Positions 1-10,735 of a stretch of DNA of 64,000 nucleotides are shown one piece after another. Where the stretch lies: assembly GCA_031285625.1 (NCBI GenBank), contig JAITVV010000007.1, positions 96,001 to 160,000 of the forward strand, in the 5' to 3' direction. The position numbers and the translations under genes were made by a program. The stretch's first letter is position 1. Each line of letters begins with the position of its first letter. The notes beneath the pieces are model-generated. The model made no database searches. It was not told the origin of the DNA and worked only from the letters and a program-made list of their open reading frames with translations. This stretch comes from Prevotella sp. (GTDB lineage Bacteria > Bacteroidota > Bacteroidia > Bacteroidales > Dysgonomonadaceae).

Positions 1-1429
1 AGATAAAGATGGCAACAGCCAGTGTTAATCCAAATTGTTTATAGAATATACCACTTGTTCCACCGATAAAGCTTACAGGAATAAATACTGACGCCATAAC
101 CAGTGTAATGGATATAATAGCAGGCGCGATTTCACCCATTGCCTTTATAGATGCCTCCTTAGGATCTTTTGTACCGTTTTCGAGTTCGGCATGTACAGCC
201 TCAACAACTACAATTGCATCATCGACCACTATACCGATAGCCAGCACCAAGGCAAAAAGTGTAAGCAAGTTGATAGAGAATCCCATTATCCACAAAAAGA
301 AGAATGTACCGACAATTGCTACAGGTACAGCTATGGCAGGGATAAGTGTCGACCTGAAATCCTGAAGAAATACAAATACTACAAGGAAAACCAATAGGAA
401 TGCTTCGAGCAAAGTGGTAATAACCTTGTTGATAGATGCATTGAGGAAATCGCTGACATCCATCAGATAAGTAATTTTCACTCCCGGAGGAAAGTCTTCC
501 TGTGCCTTTTCTAATTCTGCTTTTACATTTTTGATAACCTCCTGTGCATTCGAACCCGCTGTCTGGCTGATAGCCATCATAATGGATGCCTTCCCATCAG
601 TTAACGTGGATACGCTATACATCAAAGAGCCTAACTCTATATCAGCTACATCACTGAGCCTTACTATCTTTCCTTCTGATGAACGGATAATTATATCCTC
701 AAATTCTTCGACCGAAGATAACCGGCCTGTATATTTCAATGTATACTGAAATGCCTGATTGCTGTTTTCACCCAATTGACCAGGAGCAGCCTCAATATTC
801 TGATCCTGAAGTGCACTGACAACTTCACCTGTTGATATTTTATATGAAGCCATTACATCAGGCTTAAGCCATATCCTCATCGAATAATCATTAGCCCCGA
901 ATACTGTAGCATTCCCAACACCATACACACGTTTTATCTGTGGAATAATATTAATATTGGCATAGTTTTGCAAAAACTTGGCATCATAATCAGGATTGTC
1001 TGAAACAAAAGACATCATCAGAATATTACTTGTCTGTTGTTTCCGCACAGTTACCCCTGTTTGAGTTACCTCGGCAGGTAATAATGAAGAAGCTTGATTT
1101 ACAAGATTCTGCACATTTACTGTTGCCATATCAGGGTTGGTTCCTTGTTTGAAGTAAACTGTTATACTGGCAGAACCTGTTTCAGCTGATGAAGTCATAT
1201 ATGTCATTCCTTCAACACCATTAATGGCTTCCTCCAACGGTATAATAACACTGTTCATGATCACATCGGAGTTTGCTCCGCTGTATGATGCTTCTACCTG
1301 TACTGTAGGAGGTGCAATATCCGGATACTGCTCTATAGGTAGCATATTAAGTCCGATTATACCCAAAACCACAATAATAATGGATATTACAGTGGATAAT
1401 ACAGGGCGTTCTATAAATGTTTTAAGCAT
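1..1429 (-). CDS. RND efflux transporter permease (AcrB/HAE1 family), 5' part; runs off the window edge
   Basis: Not in the ORF track because it is truncated. The reverse strand from ATG 1429 reads MLKTFIERPVLSTVISIIIVVLGIIGLNMLPIEQYPDIAPPTVQV..., the canonical AcrB N-terminus, and lies directly after the adaptor gene. Confidence 0.93.
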   Translation of the reverse strand, partial: MLKTFIERPVLSTVISIIIVVLGIIGLNMLPIEQYPDIAPPTVQVEASYSGANSDVIMNSVIIPLEEAINGVEGMTYMTSSAETGSASITVYFKQGTNPDMATVNVQNLVNQASSLLPAEVTQTGVTVRKQQTSNILMMSFVSDNPDYDAKFLQNYANINIIPQIKRVYGVGNATVFGANDYSMRIWLKPDVMASYKISTGEVVSALQDQNIEAAPGQLGENSNQAFQYTLKYTGRLSSVEEFEDIIIRSSEGKIVRLSDVADIELGSLMYSVSTLTDGKASIMMAISQTAGSNAQEVIKNVKAELEKAQEDFPPGVKITYLMDVSDFLNASINKVITTLLEAFLLVFLVVFVFLQDFRSTLIPAIAVPVAIVGTFFFLWIMGFSINLLTLFALVLAIGIVVDDAIVVVEAVHAELENGTKDPKEASIKAMGEIAPAIISITLVMASVFIPVSFIGGTSGIFYKQFGLTLAVAIFI

Positions 1430-1515
1430 ATTTTTATTGATTTTTAGGGTTATACATCCCCTACTCTCCCAAAAAACAAGGAGAGCAAAAGATGTATATT
1501 ATTTGAATACTTTAT

Positions 1516-2646
1516 TTAATTAGAGGCAGTTAAGTTCTCTTTGACATTTATCTTCATCCCGTTTCTGAGAGTAGCTACACCATCCGAAACTATCTTATCA
1601 TTGGCAGACAACCCTCCTATTACAGCATAGTCCTGTCCATTAGGCATCGACTGAACCGATATAATCTGCTGTTGCACTGAGTCCCCTTCCAGTTTGTAAA
1701 CAAGTACTTTATCCTGCTGGCTGAATGTAGCTTTCTGAGGAATTACAAATACATCATTAAGGATTTTAGGTATAACTATCTTACCACTTGTTCCACTTCT
1801 CAGTTTGCCCGACTTATTAGGAAACTCTGCCCTGAAATTTGCAGTACCTGTAGTTATATCCACAGTACCTGTAATTGTTTCAATACGTCCCTGTTCTGCA
1901 TACTCAGAACCATCAGCAAGGAAGAGTGAAACAGGAGGCATGTTTTTTATTTTCTCAGATTGTGTAGAGCCCTCTACTCCTTCCAGAAATTCCATTAACT
2001 TTCGCTCATTCAATGAGAAGTAGGCATACACGTTTCCGGTGTTAGCTATTGTAGTGAGTGTATTGCTACTGTTTACCAGACTTCCCGAACGGAAAGGAAT
2101 GGAACCTACGACGCCGTCGACAGGGCTTGTTACAGTTGTCCAGCTCATTGTTATCTGGGCATTCTTTAGTGTAGCTTCTGCCTGTTGAAGGGAAGCTAAT
2201 GCCGTTTCATAAGCATTCTCATATGTTAACAATTGTACTTCACTAACAATACCTTTTTCAGCTAAAGGACGGTAACGGTCAACATTTACTTTTGCCGTAT
2301 TAACTTGTGCTCTTTCGCTGTTGATGGCTGCCTTAGCGGAAGATAATGCCTGCTCAGACGAAGGCGAGTTTATCCTGAATAACACCTGGCCTGCTTTCAC
2401 AACAGAACCCTCATCTACATAAATGGCTTCTATAAAACCTTCGACTCTCGGTTTCACTTCTATATCTTCTTGCCCTTTAATAGTAGCAGGATATACAGAC
2501 TGCATATTAGCATCCTGTGTATACATCGCCATTACCGGATATTCCTGAGCCGGTGCTTCCTGGTTTGCTTGATTGTTACCTCCACATGAGGCTAGTCCAA
2601 ACAGAGCTATTACTCCGCTAAAAATCATTTTTACTTTCATCATCAT
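1516..2646 (-). CDS. RND efflux periplasmic adaptor (MFP) lipoprotein
   Basis: Lipobox LASC, EVKPRVEG...EGSVVKAGQVLF biotinyl-like motif, coiled coil, SPVDG and TGT motifs. Confidence 0.95.
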   Translation of the reverse strand: MMMKVKMIFSGVIALFGLASCGGNNQANQEAPAQEYPVMAMYTQDANMQSVYPATIKGQEDIEVKPRVEGFIEAIYVDEGSVVKAGQVLFRINSPSSEQALSSAKAAINSERAQVNTAKVNVDRYRPLAEKGIVSEVQLLTYENAYETALASLQQAEATLKNAQITMSWTTVTSPVDGVVGSIPFRSGSLVNSSNTLTTIANTGNVYAYFSLNERKLMEFLEGVEGSTQSEKIKNMPPVSLFLADGSEYAEQGRIETITGTVDITTGTANFRAEFPNKSGKLRSGTSGKIVIPKILNDVFVIPQKATFSQQDKVLVYKLEGDSVQQQIISVQSMPNGQDYAVIGGLSANDKIVSDGVATLRNGMKINVKENLTASN

Positions 2647-3101
2647 TAATTATTTAGTTTGTTCAATTCATTGGAAAGTACTAATAGTTGGCTTGTGAGA
2701 TTTTCCTCATCAATATTGCGGTATATATTATTGCAACATGATAGCATCTTTGCAGATGCCATTTTATAAAGAATGTTCCCTTTCTCTGTCAACTCAATGT
2801 ATATTACTCTCGTATTTACAGTTCCCCGTACACGTGTAATTATATTATTTTTTTCCAGATTGCGTAGAATAGTAGAAATAGTCATTGGGTCTATCCCTGT
2901 TTCTTCCGATAGGTCTATCTGTATAATTTCTTTTTTATAATTACCCAAATGACAAATGGCAGACAATACTTCATACTGAGATCCTGTCAGATCGAATTCA
3001 TCCAATATCTGTTTTTTAGTTCTCATCCATAGTTTAAAAACATGTCCGATCAGTGAATCAACATTAATACCTCTCATATTCATTATTTTAACTTTTTCCA
3101 T
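2646..3101 (-). CDS. MarR family transcriptional regulator
   Basis: wHTH LTGSQYEVL...QIDLSEETGIDPMTISTILRNLEKNNIITR...TRVIYIELTEKG. Start moved to MEKVK (ATG 3101); the stop overlaps the adaptor start. Confidence 0.9.
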   Translation of the reverse strand: MEKVKIMNMRGINVDSLIGHVFKLWMRTKKQILDEFDLTGSQYEVLSAICHLGNYKKEIIQIDLSEETGIDPMTISTILRNLEKNNIITRVRGTVNTRVIYIELTEKGNILYKMASAKMLSCCNNIYRNIDEENLTSQLLVLSNELNKLNN

Positions 3102-3180
3102 TATATTATAAATTGGGATTATAAGTACACTTATTTTCGAGGGCGAAATTCGGGAAGTATCATAACCTTTCAAAAAAAAA

Positions 3181-3316
3181 TCAATGAACACAAAAATTAT
3201 CTGTATGAAACCCTCACAGATATCCAACAACCCTGTTTCATATAGAAAATCACGAGGAAATTAGTTTTCGTTGATTTTTTAGATAAATTGGTAGAGAGTT
3301 CCAGGCTATTGATTGA
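3181..3316. promoter_or_regulatory. Two divergent triplets of 21-bp-spaced direct repeats, candidate LytTR binding sites
   Basis: + strand TTCGTTGA 3267, TTGGTAGA 3288, TTGATTGA 3309. - strand TTCATTGA (3181-3188), TTCATACA (3202-3209), TTGTTGGA (3223-3230). Confidence 0.5.
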
Positions 3317-3382
3317 AATTATTTGCTTTTATATTCTGATTATTACTACATTTAAATCAGTTTTATAATCTGATACTGATTT

Positions 3383-4453
3383 ATGAATAGAATAATAAAT
3401 TATATACGTTCCTCGACTACACTACAATCGATACTTATCTGGATAATTGTTTATTTAATCGGATTTATACAAAATCTCTGGATAAGTGTAGAATGGTCGT
3501 TAAAAGTAGGTACATTGAATTTTATCTGTGTACTAAGTTTATATTATATAACTTATAAGATACTGATACCTAAACTTCTGATAAGAGGAAGGAAGGTATG
3601 GTATTTTCTTTTTTCATTTGCATTGATTGTATTATCAGCTAATATCTGTGCCAGATTCGAGGTATATATGTTTGAGAGTCTCAAAATAGAAATCGACCAT
3701 GAGTTCAGATTCGTCTTTTCAATATCAAGATATGCTACCATTCTTATACTGACATATTCCATATCCAATATAATTTTCTTTACCAGAAAAACGACCGAGG
3801 ATGCAAAGCAGAAAGAGAAATTACTATCAGAAAAAAATATACTTGAAGTCAGGGTGCTAAAATCTCAAATCAATTCCCATTTTATATTCAATGCATTGAA
3901 TAATATCTATTCTATGACTTATTTTAAGGACGAGTACACTTCAGGATATGTACTGAAACTAGGACAAATGATGCGGTACGTAATGGAGGATTGTGAAACC
4001 GAGTTAACCCCATTATCGAAGGAGATAGAATATATTGAGAATTTTATAGATTTTCAGAAACTACGTTTTGAGAACGATAAGAATATAACATTTACCTGCA
4101 AAGTAGAAGATAATACAAATATTTCAGTACCTCCGATGCTCTTCCAGCCATTAGTGGAAAATTGTTTCAAACATACTCCTCTCGAAGTAGATAAAAACAG
4201 CTACATACATATTTTGCTGGAGGTAAGAGAAATGCAAATATATTTTGTTGCCGAAAACAGCCAGCCACTTATTAAAAACACGCCTACACAAAATGATACA
4301 GGTATAGGTATTGAGAATGTGAAGAGAAGACTGGAGCTATATTATGAAAATAATTATACACTGGATATTTCTAATAATCCCGATTCTTTCAAAGTAGAAT
4401 TATCCATCAATTTACAAACATCACAAGACAAAAAACATGGTGGAAATATTTAA
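3383..4453 (+). CDS. LytS/YehU-type membrane sensor histidine kinase
   Basis: Four N-terminal TM segments, LKSQINSHFIFNALNNIY (His_kinase), PPMLFQPLVENCFKH, GIGIENVKRRLEL. Confidence 0.95.
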   Translation: MNRIINYIRSSTTLQSILIWIIVYLIGFIQNLWISVEWSLKVGTLNFICVLSLYYITYKILIPKLLIRGRKVWYFLFSFALIVLSANICARFEVYMFESLKIEIDHEFRFVFSISRYATILILTYSISNIIFFTRKTTEDAKQKEKLLSEKNILEVRVLKSQINSHFIFNALNNIYSMTYFKDEYTSGYVLKLGQMMRYVMEDCETELTPLSKEIEYIENFIDFQKLRFENDKNITFTCKVEDNTNISVPPMLFQPLVENCFKHTPLEVDKNSYIHILLEVREMQIYFVAENSQPLIKNTPTQNDTGIGIENVKRRLELYYENNYTLDISNNPDSFKVELSINLQTSQDKKHGGNI

Positions 4454-5165
4454 GGTTCTTATAGTTGATGATGAATATCACGCCCGAAAATTATTGTCGG
4501 AATATGTTTCGAAACTACCTTTCCTCGAATTGGTAGGAAAAGCTGCAAATGTATTTGAAGCAATGGATGTTTTGCGAAAGGAGAAAGTTGATATCATGTT
4601 ATCTGACATACAGATGCCTGAGATAACAGGGTTGGAATTTATACGTAGTCTCAAAAATCCTCCATCTATAATATTTACCACAGCCTATTCGGAATATGCT
4701 GTAGAGAGCTATGAATTGGATGTTGTCGATTATCTGCTCAAGCCTATAGCATTTCCCCGATTTTTGCAGGCAATCAATAAAGTTATAGAAAGAAGGAGTA
4801 ACGATATTCCTGAAAAGGCTGTAATCAATAATATCGAGAGGCAAGTTGAAAGCCAGGAAGAAGAAAGCATAGTTGTGAAAAGCGGATATAAATTTTACAG
4901 AATAAATTATAATGACTTACTCTATATAGAGGGTCAGAGGGAGTACGTTACTTTTCACAATACAAAACAACGTATTACCACACTTGCATCCTTAAAAGAT
5001 CTGGAAGAAAAACTTCCATCCAGCCGATTTATAAGAGTACATAAATCCTATATTGTTTCAATCAAGCATATAGAACTGATAGACAAAAATATCCTTCATA
5101 TTAGCGGACAGAAACTTCCGGTTGGAGGTAGTTATAAAGACCGGCTTATGAAAATATTTGAATAG
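4437..5165 (+). CDS. LytTR family response regulator
   Basis: Receiver IVDDE...SDIQMP...FTTAY...YLLKP and LytTR FIRVHKSYIV; overlaps the kinase stop. Confidence 0.96.
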   Translation: MVEIFKVLIVDDEYHARKLLSEYVSKLPFLELVGKAANVFEAMDVLRKEKVDIMLSDIQMPEITGLEFIRSLKNPPSIIFTTAYSEYAVESYELDVVDYLLKPIAFPRFLQAINKVIERRSNDIPEKAVINNIERQVESQEEESIVVKSGYKFYRINYNDLLYIEGQREYVTFHNTKQRITTLASLKDLEEKLPSSRFIRVHKSYIVSIKHIELIDKNILHISGQKLPVGGSYKDRLMKIFE

Positions 5166-5202
5166 GCCACTAAACAATTCACCTACAAACAATTATGCAT
5201 CA

Positions 5203-7662
5203 TTATTTTACATTTATTTGAATTTTGGCAGATTGAACACCCTTCGCTTTAGCTTCTAAGATTAATTTCCCACCATGTTCACCAGCTTGTACGATAGTAG
5301 TCAGTTGTCCGTTAAATAAAGGCATCCGGGGTAAGTGAAACAAATCGAGACTTGTCGGATTTCCGTTTGCCGAAGCACGATATTTGCCACTTCCCTTTAC
5401 CATGAAAGTTACCATCCTTTGATCATCCGGACAAGGATTACCATCCTTATCTACTATCCGTACGTTCACATAAGCCAAATCTCTGCCATCGGCAAAAAGT
5501 TGTGTACGGTCAGGAGTCAATTCGATATGATGGGGCTTACCTGCTGTACGTATTATTTTTTCTTCTACGGTTTTACCTTGTGTATCATATGCAATTACTT
5601 TCACCTCTCCCGGTTCGTAAATAGCATCTGTCCACATCAGACGGTAACGATTCTCCAAGGTTGAACTATTTTTGCTTTGCTTTCCATAACTTTTACCATT
5701 GATAAACAGTTCTGCTGATGGATAATTCGTATACACAAAGACTGGCGTTTTCTGCCCCTCACGCCCCTTCCAGTTCCAATGGGGGAGGATATGTAATGTA
5801 TTTTCATTCTTATTCCATATACTTCTGTACAAATAATATCTGTCTTTGGGGATACTTGCAAGATCTATAATGCCAAACATAGAACTATGACTAGGCCATG
5901 CATCGGTATTGTAAGGAGACGGTTCTCCCAGATAATCGAACCCAGTCCACACAAACTGTCCCATTGTCCAATCGTAATCGTCTGCCAGTGCAAAATCCTC
6001 ATCAGGAATATTTGACCATGAACAATATTCAAGATCATAAGACGATGATTGATGGTCTTCATACAAGGCATCAGCTTTTTTCTCTACAGGGAATTTATAT
6101 ACTCCGCGTGAACTAACTGTAGATGAGGTTTCGGAACCCAACACAAGATTTTGAGGTAGTTTTTCATACGTTTCTTTGTAACGCTGTGTTCTGTAATTTA
6201 GCCCCGGCACATCAATCATTGCCGCAAATCCATTATTCAATACGCATGTAACCTGATCCATACCACACGTTACAGGACGGGTAGGGTCTTCACGGTGACA
6301 TATATCCTGCAAGAAAGATGCGACCTTATACCCCTCATCACTACACTGTGTAGGTACTTCATTACCAATGCTCCACATAACTACACTGGCATTATTACGG
6401 TAATTGCGTAGCATATTTACCATATCTTTTTCAGCCCATTCATCAAAGAACCTGTGGTAACCGTTTTTGCATTTGGCGATATCCCATTCATCAAAAGGTT
6501 CTATCATCATCATGAAGCCCATTTCATCACATAGTTCGACCAGTTCAGGCGCAGGCATATTATGGGCGGTACGAATAGCATCGCACCCCATATCTTTAAG
6601 CAATGTAAGTTGGCGACGCAAGGCGGCAACATTAATGGCAGCACCCAAAGGTCCCAGATCGTGATGATTACATACTCCCTGAAATTTTCGCCGCTCACCG
6701 TTCAAAAAGAATCCTCTATCAGCTATTAGTTTTATATCACGTATACCAAAACGAGTGGTATATTCATCTACCAACTGGCCTTTTATATATATTTTTGAAA
6801 CAGCATTGTACAGATAAGGGCTTTCTGGAGACCATAACCGAGGTTTATCGACTATAAAATTCTGCTCAAAAGGTTTTCCATGATTTATTTTCTGAGTGTT
6901 ATCTTTTGACGAAACAATCTTATTATTTGCATCACGAATCTCAGTGTAAACCCTAACATCCTGTCCATCACTATTTCTTATTTCTGTTTTCAGATTTACG
7001 GAAGCATAGTCTTTTGATACAAAAGGAGTTGTAATATATGTTCCCCACACAGGCACATGTATTCTTTCCGTCACAATAACATGTACATTACGGTACAGGC
7101 CTGCACCCGGATACCAGCGTGAAGATTCGGGCTTGTTTTCGAGACGGACAGCGATTCTGTTCCCTTTCCCATCCGGATTTAGTAAATCCGTCACATCACA
7201 ATGAAAAGAATTATAACCAAAAGGCCAGAAAATCGCCTCTTTTCCGTTCACATATACACGCGCTTCGCTCATAGCTCCATCAAAAAGTAGATTAACATGG
7301 CTTCTCCCTTTTACGAAGTTATTTATATCAAATGTATTTCTATACCATCCTGTACCGATATAGGGCAATCCTCCCGTACGTCCGGTTTTTACGGTAGCAA
7401 CAGTTTCCCCGTTTTGAGTAATGGCCACTTCCTGTAAATCGTATTTACGGTCGAAAGGTCCATATATGGCCCAATCATGAGGTACGGTCACCACTTGCCA
7501 ATTTGTATCATCAAAATTATTTTGTGCGGCATCAGGAAAATCACCTTTGCTGAATTTCCAGTTCTTTTCTATAAGAAACTCATGCCTGGATGATTGTGAG
7601 TTACCTATGCTGACATGCAAAAAAGTGATTAAAAGTAGTGCAGAGTATTTAAGATATTTCAT
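5203..7662 (-). CDS. Glycoside hydrolase family 2 (beta-galactosidase-like), secreted
   Basis: Signal peptide, VPHDW, GVCNHHDLG, IRTAHN, WSIGNE (acid/base), GSE, WTGFDYLGE. Confidence 0.93.
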   Translation of the reverse strand: MKYLKYSALLLITFLHVSIGNSQSSRHEFLIEKNWKFSKGDFPDAAQNNFDDTNWQVVTVPHDWAIYGPFDRKYDLQEVAITQNGETVATVKTGRTGGLPYIGTGWYRNTFDINNFVKGRSHVNLLFDGAMSEARVYVNGKEAIFWPFGYNSFHCDVTDLLNPDGKGNRIAVRLENKPESSRWYPGAGLYRNVHVIVTERIHVPVWGTYITTPFVSKDYASVNLKTEIRNSDGQDVRVYTEIRDANNKIVSSKDNTQKINHGKPFEQNFIVDKPRLWSPESPYLYNAVSKIYIKGQLVDEYTTRFGIRDIKLIADRGFFLNGERRKFQGVCNHHDLGPLGAAINVAALRRQLTLLKDMGCDAIRTAHNMPAPELVELCDEMGFMMMIEPFDEWDIAKCKNGYHRFFDEWAEKDMVNMLRNYRNNASVVMWSIGNEVPTQCSDEGYKVASFLQDICHREDPTRPVTCGMDQVTCVLNNGFAAMIDVPGLNYRTQRYKETYEKLPQNLVLGSETSSTVSSRGVYKFPVEKKADALYEDHQSSSYDLEYCSWSNIPDEDFALADDYDWTMGQFVWTGFDYLGEPSPYNTDAWPSHSSMFGIIDLASIPKDRYYLYRSIWNKNENTLHILPHWNWKGREGQKTPVFVYTNYPSAELFINGKSYGKQSKNSSTLENRYRLMWTDAIYEPGEVKVIAYDTQGKTVEEKIIRTAGKPHHIELTPDRTQLFADGRDLAYVNVRIVDKDGNPCPDDQRMVTFMVKGSGKYRASANGNPTSLDLFHLPRMPLFNGQLTTIVQAGEHGGKLILEAKAKGVQSAKIQINVK

Positions 7663-7727
7663 ATTTTAAGTGTTTTTACTTATGGTAAACTTATGGTAAC
7701 AAAAGTAAGGTAAATCACTGAAAGCAA

Positions 7728-7757
7728 AAAACATGTAAATCTCAATTTACATGTTTT
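7728..7757 (-). terminator. Stem-loop, probable terminator of the aldo-keto reductase gene
   Basis: AAAACATGTAAAT-CTCA-ATTTACATGTTTT perfect 13-bp stem. Confidence 0.6.
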
Positions 7758-7893
7758 ATTTAATAAAATCTGCGAGCAATTGCAAGCTCATGCACAGGAG
7801 GATTCTTCATCTTATTGATGAATTCTTCTATCACAGGTAATATAGCTTCTGCAGATGTATCCTCGTTTTTTTGTTTTTTATCATTCTATGATT

Positions 7894-8748
<855 letters not shown>

Positions 8749-8939
8749 TTATATTTTTAATATAACAAAGTTAGAACATAAAAAGATGACAGACTATTGT
8801 CATTCAAACCATAATTTATCCGAATCAAACAATTATACATTTCCCAGCAAAAACAAAACCTGCGAATCATCGCGACTCACAGGCATTTAACTTAACACAA
8901 ACTTTACAAAAAAACTAGACAATAGACAAGCATGTGATT

Positions 8940-9830
8940 CTATTGGGACGGGGAGGTTCTATCTTCATAATATTGATAAGAAATAATCGATTTGGTAACG
9001 AAATTGTTTAAACTATTATTTGTTCCCCGGGTGCCTATATACAAAGCCTGACCTCCGGAATTCATACTATTTCTCCTTTTATATGCAACTTTCATTTTCT
9101 GTTCCGAAAGAGGAAGATTTTCCAATACAAAGTGTAATGTCTCTATCTGGAATACTTCTGCACTATTATGACTTTCATATACCAATCTTCCTATACGGGA
9201 GTCTTTTGCTACCCCATTTGCAAATATTGCGCCGGAATATGATATCCATCCCGAATTATTATTTGATTTATACTCCTTCATTGCAATAGTTTGAATTGTA
9301 ATAGCAATCCTGTTCTTTACATGGTTCGGTACTACACTGAAGATGTCACCTAGTTGAAGCCAACTTGTATTATCAGACAAAAATGTAAGTCCATTGTTTA
9401 TCTGGATCGATTTAGATTCGATCAATGAATATCTGTTTTCCTGAGCTAAAGGAATGCTGACTATTGTCCAGGTGGGTTTCAACTCCTGGTCCAACACTAA
9501 AAACTGTCCACTCGTAAATCCTTTAGGAAGATCCAGATTTTTCCATTTGATACCGTCATCAACACAAATACCCTTATCACTTGTATTGTTGTAAACCATC
9601 ATTCCTTCGACATGCCGGGATAAAGGTGAAGGAGAAACATAAGACAGCAAATTTACACGAGGGAGCAATAACCCTTTAGTTGACTTTCCATCTGCAAATT
9701 CCTTTAAATCAAGAAGGGCATCTGAAGCAGGCGCTATACCGGAACCAATAGTAACCTGACACTTTATATTAACTGATAAGATACAGAATAAAACAACTAA
9801 ATAAGTGCTTTTATAATTTTTATTTCTCAT
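8940..9830 (-). CDS. Secreted hypothetical protein, paralogue 3 of a tandem trio
   Basis: Signal peptide, then QVTIGS..P...ALLDLK...KGLLLPRV.L...GMMVYN; ends YQYYEDRTS. Start placed at MRNKNY (9830), overlapping the upstream stop. Confidence 0.8.
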   Translation of the reverse strand: MRNKNYKSTYLVVLFCILSVNIKCQVTIGSGIAPASDALLDLKEFADGKSTKGLLLPRVNLLSYVSPSPLSRHVEGMMVYNNTSDKGICVDDGIKWKNLDLPKGFTSGQFLVLDQELKPTWTIVSIPLAQENRYSLIESKSIQINNGLTFLSDNTSWLQLGDIFSVVPNHVKNRIAITIQTIAMKEYKSNNNSGWISYSGAIFANGVAKDSRIGRLVYESHNSAEVFQIETLHFVLENLPLSEQKMKVAYKRRNSMNSGGQALYIGTRGTNNSLNNFVTKSIISYQYYEDRTSPSQ

Positions 9831-10719
9831 AATATTGATAAGATAAAGAGGTTGATCCTTGCACATTCTCATTCAGTGATTTTCCTATTAATAATGAGGG
9901 AACAGTTGTATTACTATTTCTCCGGATAAATGCTATCTGAATTGAATTTTCGCCAATAGGCAGATTTTGAATAACAAAGAATAATGTTTCAGACTTAGAT
10001 AGTTCACTATTATTACCAGAAGATCTCAGTGTTCCCACCCGTACCCCTTTCAATGAGTCATTTACAAAAATTCCACCTGCATACGAAGTCCATCCTGAGG
10101 AAGTGTATGCTGATTGCAGAATGGTTGTTTGAACGAAAATAATTGTCCTATTTGTAGCTTTCTTTACTGTAATCTTGAATGGATCGATAATCGTTTTCCA
10201 AGAACTATTTATTGCACTATTTTCTGTATATACTGAAGCACCGGAGTTGGATGAAAACTCAGCTCCAATATGTTGGCTATATGCTCCGACCTCCATAAGG
10301 CTAAATTCCTCAGATTTGACTTCCGGAATAAATACGGATGTCCATTTAGGGGCTAATGTTTCTCTATCGATAACTAGAAACTGTCCCGATCTTTCTCCTT
10401 CAGGCAGATGTTCCAAAATCCATCTGCTGCCATTATTACGGTACAGGCCGGGACTGACTACGCTGTTAAAAGCTGTATTATAAACAATCATACCTTCTAT
10501 ATGCATTGTAAGAGGTGACGGATCTATCAACGAAACCAGTTCTACCCGGGGCAATAATAATCCTTTAGTTTCCACTTCGCCCGATCCGCGTAATTCGAGT
10601 AACGCATCCGGGTCAGGAGCATCTGAAGAGCCGAATGTTACTTGTGCATTACTACTATTGTGACAAAGAATTAATAAAAAAATAAAGATTCCTGTTGATC
10701 TATAATTTACTCGTTTCAT
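9820..10719 (-). CDS. Secreted hypothetical protein, paralogue 2 of a tandem trio
   Basis: Same QVTFGS...KGLLLPRVEL...GMIVYNT and GWTSYAGGIFVN motifs; ends YQYYEK. Confidence 0.85.
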   Translation of the reverse strand: MKRVNYRSTGIFIFLLILCHNSSNAQVTFGSSDAPDPDALLELRGSGEVETKGLLLPRVELVSLIDPSPLTMHIEGMIVYNTAFNSVVSPGLYRNNGSRWILEHLPEGERSGQFLVIDRETLAPKWTSVFIPEVKSEEFSLMEVGAYSQHIGAEFSSNSGASVYTENSAINSSWKTIIDPFKITVKKATNRTIIFVQTTILQSAYTSSGWTSYAGGIFVNDSLKGVRVGTLRSSGNNSELSKSETLFFVIQNLPIGENSIQIAFIRRNSNTTVPSLLIGKSLNENVQGSTSLSYQYYEK

Positions 10720-10735
10720 TTAAATAATTTGTTGA

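Noticed and set aside
108-1523. Short + strand ORFs (108-365, 191-397, 531-749, 1224-1523)
   Set aside because: Antisense shadows of the AcrB-like gene on the minus strand. The same applies to most short ORFs lying opposite long genes throughout the window.
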